Counted from the first letter of the stretch, positions 36,973-46,914 are shown. The stretch: 64,000 nucleotides of DNA from an uncultured Candidatus Saccharibacteria bacterium (GCA_964434285.1 CAYSUJ010000003.1:20992-84991), one strand, 5' to 3'. Made by a program: numbers and translations. Notes: generated from the letters alone by a model not told the origin.

Positions 36973-37136
36973 GGGCTCAGATATTACTCCTCAGATCGTC
37001 CATAATTACTTCATATTACGCTTTTCCTATCGAGGAGCCAGTTTCCCAAAAACACCTAATTTACCCTCGCTGCAGGGCATCAACAGCGCATCGGAAGGGT
37101 ATGCGTCGGCATACCTCCGATAAAAAATACTTCGGG

Positions 37137-37221
37137 CGGAGGGTGAGAGATTCGAACTCTCGGTGGGTTACCCCACGCTCGCTTTCCAAGCGAGTGCACT
37201 AGACCACTATGCGAACCCTCC
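37137..37221 (-). tRNA. tRNA-Ser(GGA)
   Basis: GGAGGGT/ACCCTCC acceptor stem, CTCGC-TTGGAAA-GCGAG anticodon arm, long variable arm, GTTCGAATC T-loop; CCA not encoded. Confidence 0.97.
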
Positions 37222-37283
37222 CGACAAATTGCCTGGATAGTATAGGCTGAATGAGGCGCATTTTCCAATGGTGTGTTTCAACG

Positions 37284-37832
37284 TCATTCGTTTTCCGTAG
37301 GTTTATCTGCTCGTCGCATGCGCCTCTCGTTCTGGCGTTCGTGCCAGCGACGTCGCCGACTTTGAAGTGACTCCCTGAGGGCACTTTTACGCGCGCGCAT
37401 TTTCTGTTGTTCTTTGATAAACTCAGCCCGAAATCTTGCCTCCAATACCGCCGCCTTCTTGGACGCCTTCCAACCAAAATAACTTAACACCCCATCTACA
37501 GCGACGACCACGACGCACGCATAAACGAGCACACCCATTTCGAAGCGTGGAGCGAGCAAAAACGTTGGTATAAAACTTATCATCCCCACGACTACATCAA
37601 GTGTACGGTTCCAACGCGTTTCTTCGATTTCTGCAATGACCTCGAACATTTCGTACGCAACAAAGAGCAAAAACGCGATGATACATGCGGCAGCAGGTTC
37701 GAACCGAAATAAATAGAGTGCGAAACCCACGCTCATGCCCGAAAGAAAATGAGGAACGCTCCAGAGGTCGAGATACTTCCCTTCTCGCCAGATATCGGTT
37801 CGAACGAATCGGCCATCCCGGGTGAAATACAT
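37284..37832 (-). CDS. Hypothetical membrane protein
   Basis: DLWS..HF.SG...YEMFE...E...N..LDV pattern, basic coiled tail. Confidence 0.75.
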   Translation of the reverse strand: MYFTRDGRFVRTDIWREGKYLDLWSVPHFLSGMSVGFALYLFRFEPAAACIIAFLLFVAYEMFEVIAEIEETRWNRTLDVVVGMISFIPTFLLAPRFEMGVLVYACVVVVAVDGVLSYFGWKASKKAAVLEARFRAEFIKEQQKMRARKSALRESLQSRRRRWHERQNERRMRRADKPTENE

Positions 37833-37834
37833 AA

Positions 37835-38728
37835 TTACACCCTCATTTGTGAAAGTGCGCTAATGCGTTCCTCGACGGGTGGGTGTGTCGCGAAAAGCTT
37901 TGCGACGAAGCGTCCCATGTCGTGTGCACCAAAGGGGTTTGAAATGAAGAGGTGCGCAGTTGCGTGGTTCGCACGCTGCATAGGTGCCTCGTATGAAGAG
38001 ATCTTCGCGAGTGCGGAGGCGAGTGCGTCCGGATAGCGAGTGAGAAGCGCACCCGAGGCGTCTGCTAGGAATTCCCGCCTACGAGAAATGGCGAGCTGAA
38101 TGAGCTGTGCGGCTATAGGCGCGAGGAGAATCCCCACGAATCCGACGACCATCACGATGGCGTTCGCACGACCGTCCCTGTTCCCTCCTCCATAAAACGA
38201 AACACGGAGGAAGAGATCTGCTAACATCGCGATAAAACCGGCAAGCACGACCGCAACCGTCATCACGAGGATGTCCCTGTTCCCGATATGCGCGAGCTCG
38301 TGCGCGATGACGCCCTCGAGTTCACTTCTGTCGAGTCTCTCGAGAAGGCCGGTTGTTACCGCGACGACGGAGTGCTTCGGATTCCTCCCTGTAGCAAAGG
38401 CGTTTGGCGCTGGGTCATTCACGATATAGACGCGAGGCTTCGGAAGGCCTGCGGTGATTGCGAGATTCTCCACAATACGATGTAATTCACGATATGTATT
38501 TACATCAGCCTCCACCGCACCTGTCGAGGAAAGGGCTACTTTGTCGGAAAACCAATAGGCGGACACATTCATAAAGAGCGAGAACGCGACAGCGACCCAG
38601 AGGATGCCGGGCTCACGCAGATACCACGCGGTCACATAGCCGATAGCTATGACGAGCACGAAAAAGCCCGTCATGAGGAGCCACGTGCGGCGTATATTAG
38701 CGGCCTGGTGAGTATACAGACTAGCCAT
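37835..38728 (-). CDS. htpX: Zn metalloprotease HtpX (M48)
   Basis: PNAFATGR, HELAH, SRRREFLAD, THPP.EERI. Confidence 0.95.
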   Translation of the reverse strand: MASLYTHQAANIRRTWLLMTGFFVLVIAIGYVTAWYLREPGILWVAVAFSLFMNVSAYWFSDKVALSSTGAVEADVNTYRELHRIVENLAITAGLPKPRVYIVNDPAPNAFATGRNPKHSVVAVTTGLLERLDRSELEGVIAHELAHIGNRDILVMTVAVVLAGFIAMLADLFLRVSFYGGGNRDGRANAIVMVVGFVGILLAPIAAQLIQLAISRRREFLADASGALLTRYPDALASALAKISSYEAPMQRANHATAHLFISNPFGAHDMGRFVAKLFATHPPVEERISALSQMRV

Positions 38729-38775
38729 AAGTAGGGTATGGGGTTCAGGGTATAGCGTGTAGGAGTAAATGCAAG

Positions 38776-39135
38776 CTAGCGCTTGATGTCGAGAGAAGCG
38801 ATAAGCTTATTGAGAACACGCATGACCTCAGAGAGTTTTTCTTCACTCGCCGAGATGTGAGCGGTATCCACATACGATAAATCCCTCAGAAGTACGAAAT
38901 ACGTCTCTAGTTCCGCCCCGGAACCATAAGCAATGCGAAGAAATTGGACGTATTCAGCCCGATGTCCGCGAGAATATCCTTCCGCAATATTCGCTGGTAT
39001 GGAAACTGATGCGCGACGCATCTGACTCGTGAGCCCGAACATTTCTGCCTTCGGGAATTTCTCCGTGAGGTGATAGACATCTTTCACTAATCTAATACCC
39101 TTCTGCCATACAATGAGGTCCCGATACGATTACAT
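38776..39135 (-). pseudogene. Four-helix-bundle (23S rRNA IVS-type) protein with TAA at codon 2
   Basis: ATG TAA TCG TAT CGG GAC CTC ATT GTA TGG CAG AAG = M*SYRDLIVWQK, then FP..E.FGLTSQMRRASVSIPANIAEG. Confidence 0.85.
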
Positions 39136-39170
39136 GGTATTCCTATACCCTAAACCTTATTGACTACACC

Positions 39171-39731
39171 CTAAAAGGACACCTTGACCGGTTCTTTCGC
39201 AGCCTGTTCGTTCTCGGCGAGCGTGAAGAAATCGCTCGGCTTGAAGCCGAATGCGGAGCCGATGACGTTCGAAGGAAACTGCTCGAGAGCGTTTTTCAAC
39301 TCCTGCACGACAGAGTTATAGAAACGGCGCGCTGCTTGTAGTTTGTTTTCAGTATCAGAAAGCTCGCGCTGAAGCTCGAGGAAGTTGGTGTTTGCCTTGA
39401 GATCTGGATAGCTTTCGGAAACGGCAAAAAGCGATTTGAGCGCGCCAGAGAGCATGTTCTCTGCCGCTGAATGTTCTTCGACGGTTCCCGCATTCATCGC
39501 ACGCGTGCGCATCTCCGTCACCTTCGCGAGCGTGTCTTTCTCGTGCGTCGCATAGCCCTTCACTGTTTCCACGATATTTGGAATGAGGTCGTAGCGACGT
39601 TTGAGCTGGACATCAATGTCCGCCCAGGCTTCCTGCACACGATTAGTAAGCGCAACCAGACGGTTGTAGCCGAGGATCGCCCAAACGATGGCCGCGGCAA
39701 CGACGCCCAAAATGATGTAAAGAGTAGTCAT
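39171..39731 (-). CDS. lemA: LemA family protein
   Basis: YNRLV...AWADIDVQLKRRYDLIPN, YPDLKAN, ARRFYN. Confidence 0.97.
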   Translation of the reverse strand: MTTLYIILGVVAAAIVWAILGYNRLVALTNRVQEAWADIDVQLKRRYDLIPNIVETVKGYATHEKDTLAKVTEMRTRAMNAGTVEEHSAAENMLSGALKSLFAVSESYPDLKANTNFLELQRELSDTENKLQAARRFYNSVVQELKNALEQFPSNVIGSAFGFKPSDFFTLAENEQAAKEPVKVSF

Positions 39732-39759
39732 GCGATCATGCTAGCACACCCGCCCCTTG

Positions 39760-42657
39760 TTACAACCCGCCCGGCGGGGTGGTACAGCCTGCCGGATTCG
39801 GTTCCGCTTCACAGAGACACTGTATAAACGAGTTCATAGATTGATGCGGATCACAGGTTCGGATGTCGACGGGTTTTATGCCCGAATCACCACCATTCGC
39901 TACTTCATTGCCAGTCGCTCTCATTGCTGTTGATGCACGTCCCGAATTTGAAAAGAGTGGAGGAGTGGTTGAGGCACTTCCCTCGACAAGCACCTCAGCC
40001 TCATTCAAAAATTTGTCTGCCCCTCCCTGAATATTACAAATGACCCCAAAACGGGTAGTCTCGAAAAGTGCCGCAGATGTAATTTCACCGCTCACGCCAC
40101 GTGAAATCACGTTCAGAGTAGAATCAACGATCGCACATGATTCAGCTCCGATACTTGACCATGCAATCTTCGTTACTCCTCCCGAGCTGAGCAGAGAAGG
40201 ATTTGCCGTGACGGTAGCCGTTGCGACCACTGCTCCCGAACTCTGTAGCGCCGAGGATGCTGGGTTATTGGAGTTCTCTGACATGAACAGCGTCGACAGG
40301 CTCTGAATGAGCGTGCGTATAAAGCCAATACCCATCTGTGCAAAGCCTTGATTGCCGGAAGAAAGAATAGTACCTGGTGAGCCGTCCGAGGAGCGACTCG
40401 GCAGAGGAGAACCGTTGCCACTGGCCGGCACCATTGATGTTGTTTGGGGCGGTGGCGTTGGGGAAACTGGAGGAGTCGTTATCTCCGGCGACATGGGGGC
40501 GCGCGGACGTTCAAGTGTTAGCTCTGTCTGTACGGTTGGAATTTGCGTTTCCGGTGGAACACCAGACCCAAACGTATACCAGAGTACACTGCGAACAACC
40601 TCGACCGCTTCAGCAAATACGCCTGGGGTACTGCTTGTCACGGTCACACCCGACGGCGAGATAACCGCCGGCGGATTCGGGGACGTTTCAAATACGGTAT
40701 CACTACCGTTTCGTTTAAGCACATTGTCGCCGAGCCGGTTTGCAACTTCTCGAACTCGTTCTACGACCGATGAAGCCACTGAGCTCAAGCCAGAGAGCAA
40801 GTTGCTCGACGGCAGCGGCTGCCGAATCGTTGCTCCACCGTGTATCCACGTGCTTGGCGCAAGTACATCAATAATGTGCCCGGGTCCGAAAGTAAACGGT
40901 GTGTCGACGACGCGCACCAGCGGTTGATTTTGTGACGAAATATCGGGAGGTACCATGGTCCCGGCAAACATACCAATTCTTGCACGCGCTTCTAACTCCC
41001 CGAGAGCTGCGAGGCGGGCCTCGGCCACATCGACGGCCCGCTGCTCAGGAGAAAAGCTTATTAATCGATCCACCATCTCCATTAAGCCGAGTGACGAAGT
41101 TAAATAGGCACGCTCCCGTTCTTGCCGCGCAATCGCGAGATCCTCTTGTAATAACACACGCACCACCTGAACCTCTTCAGATCCGGGGGCGAGACGCCCA
41201 CCCTCAAGCCCAGCAAACGCTGCTTCAATCGCAAGTGTGCGCGCACGGGCATATGCGTTCAATGGCGTATACCCCGCTTGAAGCGAATCATTATATGTCG
41301 AAACGATTCCCGGACTCCATGAATCGGGTATGTGCAGAGGTACGGCATTTCCCGCATTGAGTGCGCTCGAAAACCGGTACACATCAGAGAGAGGTTCGGC
41401 TGGAAGCCGCCAGTACGGATCAAGTTGATCAAGAATACCACCCTCCGACCCAACTGGTTCGCCGCGACGATCTTCAACATTAGTCGAACTTCGATTTGTA
41501 TTATCTTGCAGGGTAAATGAGGGTATTCCACCATTTCCTATCTCGCCTCGATACAGCTGAGATAATTCATCAAGTTCACCCTGAATGGGTTCTCGCTGAA
41601 TGCTGCTATAAACTTCGCGAATTTTCTCTGGATCGGCTGGTTCCAGCGAACCGTCCGGTTGTTGAACGTAGAAGCGCCACTCCCCATTTTCATTGCGCAC
41701 TACAATTGGTTTTCCATCTATCAGCGCCGTACGCGGTGCAGAGAGCCGAGGCGCTTCACGCACACGCCTCTCGCCGGGTTGCAATGATGCAGAAACCGCT
41801 GTGGGGGTCGGATTGCCTACAGAAGAAGCTGCACCATCGTTGGACCCCACAAGTAGGTTGCCAACAAGCCCGGAAAGCATATTCGAAAGCAGGGATGTGA
41901 ACAGATTCTGCGAAAATGAACCAGGCGTACTGCCCCTATTGGTGAGCGGCGATTGGAACGTTGAACCTGGGTACGCCCACAAGCCGTGACCCACTGTGGA
42001 GTTCGTCGGGGCGCCCGGTGTTGATCCCGTGCCAGGCGACACACTACCGACCGACGTTGGTGTAAACGTTGTTCCACCACCTGCACCTGGTATCGCGTGA
42101 GGTACAGGTGTTATCGTTTGGTTTTGTTCAACAACGACTGGCGGCAGCATGCTCGGAGCTGCGGGATCAGTAGCTCCTCCGGAACTTGCAGCGGGTGTCG
42201 ACACTGGCACACTCGGTGAAATGAGAGGATTGCCGCCAGAAGGCAATGGACCACTCGTACCTTCTCCACCACTAGCTGAGCTACCAGTGCCACTCGTCGC
42301 ATCAACCGATGTTCCTACATTAGGAATTGCTGAGACCCCAGATTGCGTAGGTTGATCTGGCAGCCCTTCAAGGGACTTACCATCACAACCCGTTTTGGCA
42401 ACACAAATACCCTTTTGACAGTAAGAAATGGCGACGCCATTTTCTACCCCCTCACATCCCTCGGTAGTTCGCAAACACTCGCCCCCTTCCGGTATCGGAT
42501 TATACAAATTATTTATCCCTATGCCTGCCTGGCAACGCCTATTCGCAACTTGCTGCGGACTGAAATTGTTAAGCGGCTCAGCAAATACGGCACCTGGCAA
42601 AAGTGCCAACATGGAGAATAAAACGAATCGAGCCATTCCAATAATTATACGAGACAC
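39760..42657 (-). CDS. Large secreted/surface protein, Pro/Ser/Gly-rich with Cys-rich termini
   Basis: Signal peptide, Cys cluster near the N-terminus, low-complexity linkers, C-terminal Ig-like stretch and C..C.C..C tail. Confidence 0.75.
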   Translation of the reverse strand: MSRIIIGMARFVLFSMLALLPGAVFAEPLNNFSPQQVANRRCQAGIGINNLYNPIPEGGECLRTTEGCEGVENGVAISYCQKGICVAKTGCDGKSLEGLPDQPTQSGVSAIPNVGTSVDATSGTGSSASGGEGTSGPLPSGGNPLISPSVPVSTPAASSGGATDPAAPSMLPPVVVEQNQTITPVPHAIPGAGGGTTFTPTSVGSVSPGTGSTPGAPTNSTVGHGLWAYPGSTFQSPLTNRGSTPGSFSQNLFTSLLSNMLSGLVGNLLVGSNDGAASSVGNPTPTAVSASLQPGERRVREAPRLSAPRTALIDGKPIVVRNENGEWRFYVQQPDGSLEPADPEKIREVYSSIQREPIQGELDELSQLYRGEIGNGGIPSFTLQDNTNRSSTNVEDRRGEPVGSEGGILDQLDPYWRLPAEPLSDVYRFSSALNAGNAVPLHIPDSWSPGIVSTYNDSLQAGYTPLNAYARARTLAIEAAFAGLEGGRLAPGSEEVQVVRVLLQEDLAIARQERERAYLTSSLGLMEMVDRLISFSPEQRAVDVAEARLAALGELEARARIGMFAGTMVPPDISSQNQPLVRVVDTPFTFGPGHIIDVLAPSTWIHGGATIRQPLPSSNLLSGLSSVASSVVERVREVANRLGDNVLKRNGSDTVFETSPNPPAVISPSGVTVTSSTPGVFAEAVEVVRSVLWYTFGSGVPPETQIPTVQTELTLERPRAPMSPEITTPPVSPTPPPQTTSMVPASGNGSPLPSRSSDGSPGTILSSGNQGFAQMGIGFIRTLIQSLSTLFMSENSNNPASSALQSSGAVVATATVTANPSLLSSGGVTKIAWSSIGAESCAIVDSTLNVISRGVSGEITSAALFETTRFGVICNIQGGADKFLNEAEVLVEGSASTTPPLFSNSGRASTAMRATGNEVANGGDSGIKPVDIRTCDPHQSMNSFIQCLCEAEPNPAGCTTPPGGL

Positions 42658-42716
42658 AGCCGCCCTCTCGGCGGCTGTGTCGATGATTGTGTTGAGAACG
42701 CGAATCTCCGTGACCT

Positions 42717-44369
42717 TTACATGTCATCCATGCCCATCCCACCTCCGCCCATGGCGGGTGCTTCCTTCTTTTCCTCAGGCTCATCTGCAACTGCGGCTTC
42801 TGTTGTAAGAAGCACGGCTGCAGCAGACGCTGCGTTTGCAACGCCAGAGCGCGTGACCTTCACAGGATCAATAATGCCCGCCTCGAAGAGGTCAATAATT
42901 GCAGCCTCTTCATTCTCACTCGCAGCGTCGAATCCAAACGCTCCGCCTTTCTTTACGATCTCTTGCAATAGGACCGGGCCATCCTCCCTGCCGCAGTTTT
43001 TTGCGATTTGGAGAAACGGTGCTGAGAGCGCGGCGACGAGGATGCGATACCCTATCGTGTATTCATCGTGTGTTTTTGGATCAACCTTCTTGCCAAGCTT
43101 TTCACCCACCTTAGCGAGCGCGGCACCACCACCGGGAACCACCCCTTCTGCGATGGCGGCCTTCGTGGCGTTCACGGCATCCTCAATCTTATCCTTCAGA
43201 TATTTCATTTCAGTTTCCGTCGCGGCACCAACCCTGATAACCGCAACGCCGCCGGAGAGCTTTGCCACACGCTCATCGAGTTTCTCGCGGTCAAATTTTG
43301 AATCGGTGTTTTCAGCTTGCTTGCGGAGTTGAGAGACGCGCGCCTCAATGTCGGCCTTCTTACCCTTGCCGCCAACAATGACTGTTGAATCCTTCGTGGC
43401 AACAATGCGCTGCGCCTTCCCTAACATGCTCACGTCTGCGTTTTCGAGCTTAATGCCCAAATCTTCGGAAACAACCTGCGCGCCGACCGTAATTGCGATA
43501 TCCTGAAGCATCTCTTTCTTACGATCGCCATAACCAGGAGCCTTCACGGCAAGGACGTTAAATGCTCCGCGAAGCTTGTTCACCACGAATGTTGCGAGCG
43601 CTTCGCCGTCAACATCATCGGCAACAATGACAAGGTCTTTCTTGCCACTCTGTGCGAGCTTCTCCAAGAGCGGAAGAATTTCCTTGATGGTTGAGATCTT
43701 TTTGTCTGTCAATAACACGGGCACGTCTTTTGCAACCGCCTCCATGCGCTCTGCGTTCGAAATCATGTACGGCGATACGTACCCTTTATCAAACTCGAGT
43801 CCCTCCACGTAGTCGGTCTCAATACCAATCGACTGCGATTCTTCGACTGTCACGACACCGTCCTTGCCAACCTTTTCGACAACGTCAGCGATCTTTTCGC
43901 CGAGTTCTGTATTTTCTGCAGAAATGGATGCGACATACTGGATGTCTTTCTTCCCCTTCACCTCTCGCGCCATTTTCTTGAGTTCTGCAACAGCGTCATT
44001 CGCCGCAGCTTCAATACCGCGACGGATCATCATCGCATTCGCACCCATCGCCGTCCGCTTCAATCCCTCGTGAACTAAGGCCTGGGTGAGAACGACCGCC
44101 GTCGTGGTTCCATCACCCGCCTTGTCATTGGTTTTCGTCGCCACCTCCTTCACGATGCCTGCGCCCATGTTTTCAAACTTATCCTTCAATGTGATTTCTT
44201 TTGCGATAGAAACGCCATCGTTCGTGATGGTTGGACCTCCCCAGGATCGATCGATGGCCACATTTCTACCACGCGGCCCAAGCGTGACGCGAACGGCCCC
44301 AGCAACAACATCAACGCCACGCTTCAGGGCGTTGCGGACATCAGAATCGAAAATAACCATTTTTGCCAT
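42717..44369 (-). CDS. groL: Chaperonin GroEL
   Basis: TLGPRGRNV, GDGTTT, GGMGM tail. Confidence 0.99.
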   Translation of the reverse strand: MAKMVIFDSDVRNALKRGVDVVAGAVRVTLGPRGRNVAIDRSWGGPTITNDGVSIAKEITLKDKFENMGAGIVKEVATKTNDKAGDGTTTAVVLTQALVHEGLKRTAMGANAMMIRRGIEAAANDAVAELKKMAREVKGKKDIQYVASISAENTELGEKIADVVEKVGKDGVVTVEESQSIGIETDYVEGLEFDKGYVSPYMISNAERMEAVAKDVPVLLTDKKISTIKEILPLLEKLAQSGKKDLVIVADDVDGEALATFVVNKLRGAFNVLAVKAPGYGDRKKEMLQDIAITVGAQVVSEDLGIKLENADVSMLGKAQRIVATKDSTVIVGGKGKKADIEARVSQLRKQAENTDSKFDREKLDERVAKLSGGVAVIRVGAATETEMKYLKDKIEDAVNATKAAIAEGVVPGGGAALAKVGEKLGKKVDPKTHDEYTIGYRILVAALSAPFLQIAKNCGREDGPVLLQEIVKKGGAFGFDAASENEEAAIIDLFEAGIIDPVKVTRSGVANAASAAAVLLTTEAAVADEPEEKKEAPAMGGGGMGMDDM

Positions 44370-44433
44370 AGATTTGACTTTCTTAGTTGATATTTTTTAC
44401 TTTTTCAAGTCTGACTTGTACAAGTACAACACA

Positions 44434-44754
44434 TTAATTGATGACAGCAAGGATGTCTGACTCATGGATGAGGAAGTATTCAGCATCATCGCCTTCGAAT
44501 TTCACCTCATTGTCCCATCCGGCATTGAAGTAGACTTTCATGTTCTTTTTGACCGCCATGGGGATCACTTCGTTGTCGTCACCCACCTTCCCCGGACCGA
44601 CGGCGATAATCACGCCGCGCTTTGATTTTTCTTTCTGCGCCGTTTCAGGAATGTAGATTCCGCCCGGAGACTTAGTTGCCTCCTTATCTGCCCGCTTCAC
44701 CAAGACACGATCATGAAGCGGCTGAACCGATTGTACACCTGCATCTTTACTCAT
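44434..44754 (-). CDS. groS: Co-chaperonin GroES
   Basis: PLHDRVLVKR...GGIYIP...AVGPG...ESDILAV. Confidence 0.98.
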   Translation of the reverse strand: MSKDAGVQSVQPLHDRVLVKRADKEATKSPGGIYIPETAQKEKSKRGVIIAVGPGKVGDDNEVIPMAVKKNMKVYFNAGWDNEVKFEGDDAEYFLIHESDILAVIN

Positions 44755-44824
44755 AGGAAAGAGTTATTAGTACTAAAAGCGGTCGCATTATACGTGATGA
44801 CGAAACCACACGTCAACGCCATTC

Positions 44825-44852
44825 TTGACACGGATTTTCTCCGTGGTATTAT
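44825..44852 (+). promoter_or_regulatory. Sigma70-like promoter of secG
   Basis: TTGACA-N16-TATTAT with TG upstream of the -10 box. Confidence 0.55.
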
Positions 44853-44891
44853 GTCTTCACGATTCTCTTTCCCTCTGATAGTATGTCCCCC

Positions 44892-45122
44892 ATGGAACTT
44901 TCGGCCCTCCTGCCGTACGTGCAGATAGCCCTCTCAGTCCTCCTCATGGTTGCAATACTCTTGCAGCGCACGGGAGCGTCACTTGGAGGAGCATTTGGAG
45001 CTGACAACTTCAGCACCGGTTTTCATACGCGCAGGGGTTTTGAGAAAGTCCTCTTCAACACCACGATCGTACTTGGTATACTGTTTGCACTCTCAGCGCT
45101 CGCGCACCTCTTTATCGGTTAA
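44892..45122 (+). CDS. secG: Preprotein translocase subunit SecG
   Basis: ILLQ..GA.LGGAFG...TRRG.EK.L...T; 2 TM segments. Confidence 0.93.
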   Translation: MELSALLPYVQIALSVLLMVAILLQRTGASLGGAFGADNFSTGFHTRRGFEKVLFNTTIVLGILFALSALAHLFIG

Positions 45123-45172
45123 ACAGGCTGTAAGGCCTTTCGCGCGAGGCGGGTTATCTCGTCTCATACTCC

Positions 45173-46876
45173 ATGCTTGGCTCGCTTTCACTCTTTCGAC
45201 GCATCAACGATGTGCTTCGCACATTCTCACCCTTTGAGCGCCTGATGCTATACATACTATCGGTTGCACTTGCTGTTTCAGTAGGCTGGATTTTCGTTGC
45301 GCTCAGTGCGGCATTTGGCTCAGACGTACCTGCACGCGGCGGCGCATTTGTCGAGGGCGCGGTGGGTACTGCACGCTTCGTGAACCCACTTCTTGCAACC
45401 TCTCAATCAGATCAAGACCTTACAGCGCTCGTTTATTCAGGACTTGTGCGGTACATCGACGGATCCTTTCAACCAGATATTGCGGAGAGTTTCAGCATTT
45501 CAGAAGACGGTACGGAATATACGTTTCGTCTCAGAGAAGGGGCAACGTTCCACGATGGCGAACCTGTAACCGCAGAAGATGTGGTCTTCACAGTCTCTCG
45601 TGCAAAAGATCCTGCAGTGAAGAGTTCACGACGCGCTAATTGGGAAGGGGTGGAAGTACATGCCGATGACAATCGAACGGTGCGATTTACACTGCCAAAT
45701 GCGTACGCCCCGTTTATTGGAAATACTACGCTCGGCATTCTGCCCCAGCATTTGTGGGAAAATGTTCCATCGGATGAGTTCTCATTCGCCTCTCTCAACA
45801 CAAAGCCAATCGGAAGCGGCCCATACTATGTCGAAGATGTTTCGCTCGATCAGACTGGCGCTCCGACAGAGTATGTCCTTGAATCATTCGACGACTTTGC
45901 CCTTGGCAAAGCGCATGTGCGCGGCATCACGTATAGACTCTATGCTGATGATAAAGCTCTTCACGAGGCATTTACCACTGGTGAAATAGATAGTTTCCTA
46001 TCGCTCGCCCCTAAGGCGCTCCCCAGCGAAATAACAGATGAGGCACGCCTAGTGGAACTTTCTCTTGCGCGCGTTTTCGCAATATTTTTCAATCAGAACC
46101 ACGCTCCCGTTCTCGTAAATACCGCTGCACGACAAGCACTTGCTTCGAGTATCGATCGAGAAGCACTCGTTCAGCGCGTTCTCGGAGGATATGGACAAGT
46201 ACTCTCATCCCCAATTCCACCTGACACACTATCCATCGACAACAGTTCATCTTCTTCGATCTCGGGTGCGTCAATCTTGGAGAGCGACGGCTGGAAACAA
46301 GGGACTTCAAGCACATCACCCGATACTACTGCCTGGCAGCGCGGAAATTTAACACTCGCTTTCTCCCTCGCGACGGCAGATACGCCTGAACTCGTTGAGA
46401 CTGCTCAAATCATCGTCGATGCATGGCGCACGCTCGGGGTCGATGTCAAGCTCGAAACGTATCCTCTTTCCGAATTTAATCAGACAGTCTTGCGACCACG
46501 AGCATACGATGCGATTCTTTTTGGTGAAGTACTCACACGCCCCCTCGACCTCTTTGCATTCTGGCACTCATCGCAACGCAATGATCCCGGTCTGAACCTT
46601 GCACTCTACGCGAATGCATCCGCTGACAAAATCTTGACGGACGCTCGCGCAGAAGCCGATCAGGAGGCGCGCCGTGCACTCTATCAGTCATTTGTCGCGA
46701 CAGTGGAAGAAGACGTACCTGCCGTATTTCTATACGCACCAAACGCCGCATATATAGCACCCGCACACATAAACGGTCCCAGGCGCATGAGCGTGACAGT
46801 CCCCGCCGAACGCTTCCTATCCGTACACACTTGGTATCGCGATACGGAACATGTCTGGGATTTTTTCACGCAGTAA
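45173..46876 (+). CDS. ABC transporter peptide/nickel-type substrate-binding protein (family 5)
   Basis: VYSGL...PDIAES..ISEDG.EYTF.LR....FHDGEPVTAEDVVFT, PIGSGPY. Confidence 0.92.
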   Translation: MLGSLSLFRRINDVLRTFSPFERLMLYILSVALAVSVGWIFVALSAAFGSDVPARGGAFVEGAVGTARFVNPLLATSQSDQDLTALVYSGLVRYIDGSFQPDIAESFSISEDGTEYTFRLREGATFHDGEPVTAEDVVFTVSRAKDPAVKSSRRANWEGVEVHADDNRTVRFTLPNAYAPFIGNTTLGILPQHLWENVPSDEFSFASLNTKPIGSGPYYVEDVSLDQTGAPTEYVLESFDDFALGKAHVRGITYRLYADDKALHEAFTTGEIDSFLSLAPKALPSEITDEARLVELSLARVFAIFFNQNHAPVLVNTAARQALASSIDREALVQRVLGGYGQVLSSPIPPDTLSIDNSSSSSISGASILESDGWKQGTSSTSPDTTAWQRGNLTLAFSLATADTPELVETAQIIVDAWRTLGVDVKLETYPLSEFNQTVLRPRAYDAILFGEVLTRPLDLFAFWHSSQRNDPGLNLALYANASADKILTDARAEADQEARRALYQSFVATVEEDVPAVFLYAPNAAYIAPAHINGPRRMSVTVPAERFLSVHTWYRDTEHVWDFFTQ

Positions 46877-46914
46877 TTAATTACTAATTTAGTAACTAAC
46901 AATCAGAAAGATTT

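Larger units (their letters stand above)
17200..37086. mobile_element. Putative integrative element / genomic island beside tRNA-Ser
   Basis: Large serine recombinase, excisionase-like HTH, ParB-MTase, terminase-small-like HTH, HEPN-like genes, AT-richer cargo. Ends about 50 bp from the tRNA 3' end; boundaries approximate. Confidence 0.75.

Noticed and set aside
17200-37086. Complete prophage
   Set aside because: No recognisable capsid, portal, terminase large subunit, tail or lysis genes.
37090-37127. Hairpin after tRNA-Ser as an intrinsic terminator
   Set aside because: The stem is real, but on the tRNA strand the T-run precedes it rather than follows it; function unclear.
14664-39132. 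Stop-codon reassignment suggested by two in-frame stops (TAG at 14664, TAA at 39130)
   Set aside because: The two codons differ, and TAA, TAG and TGA all terminate well-conserved genes normally in this window.
42721-44460. Long plus-strand ORFs antisense to groEL (similar ones over nrdA, nirK and gdh)
   Set aside because: Antisense shadows of strongly codon-biased genes.
44755-44800. CIRCE element upstream of groES
   Set aside because: Only ttagtactaa resembles a half-site; no TTAGCACTC-N9-GAGTGCTAA.
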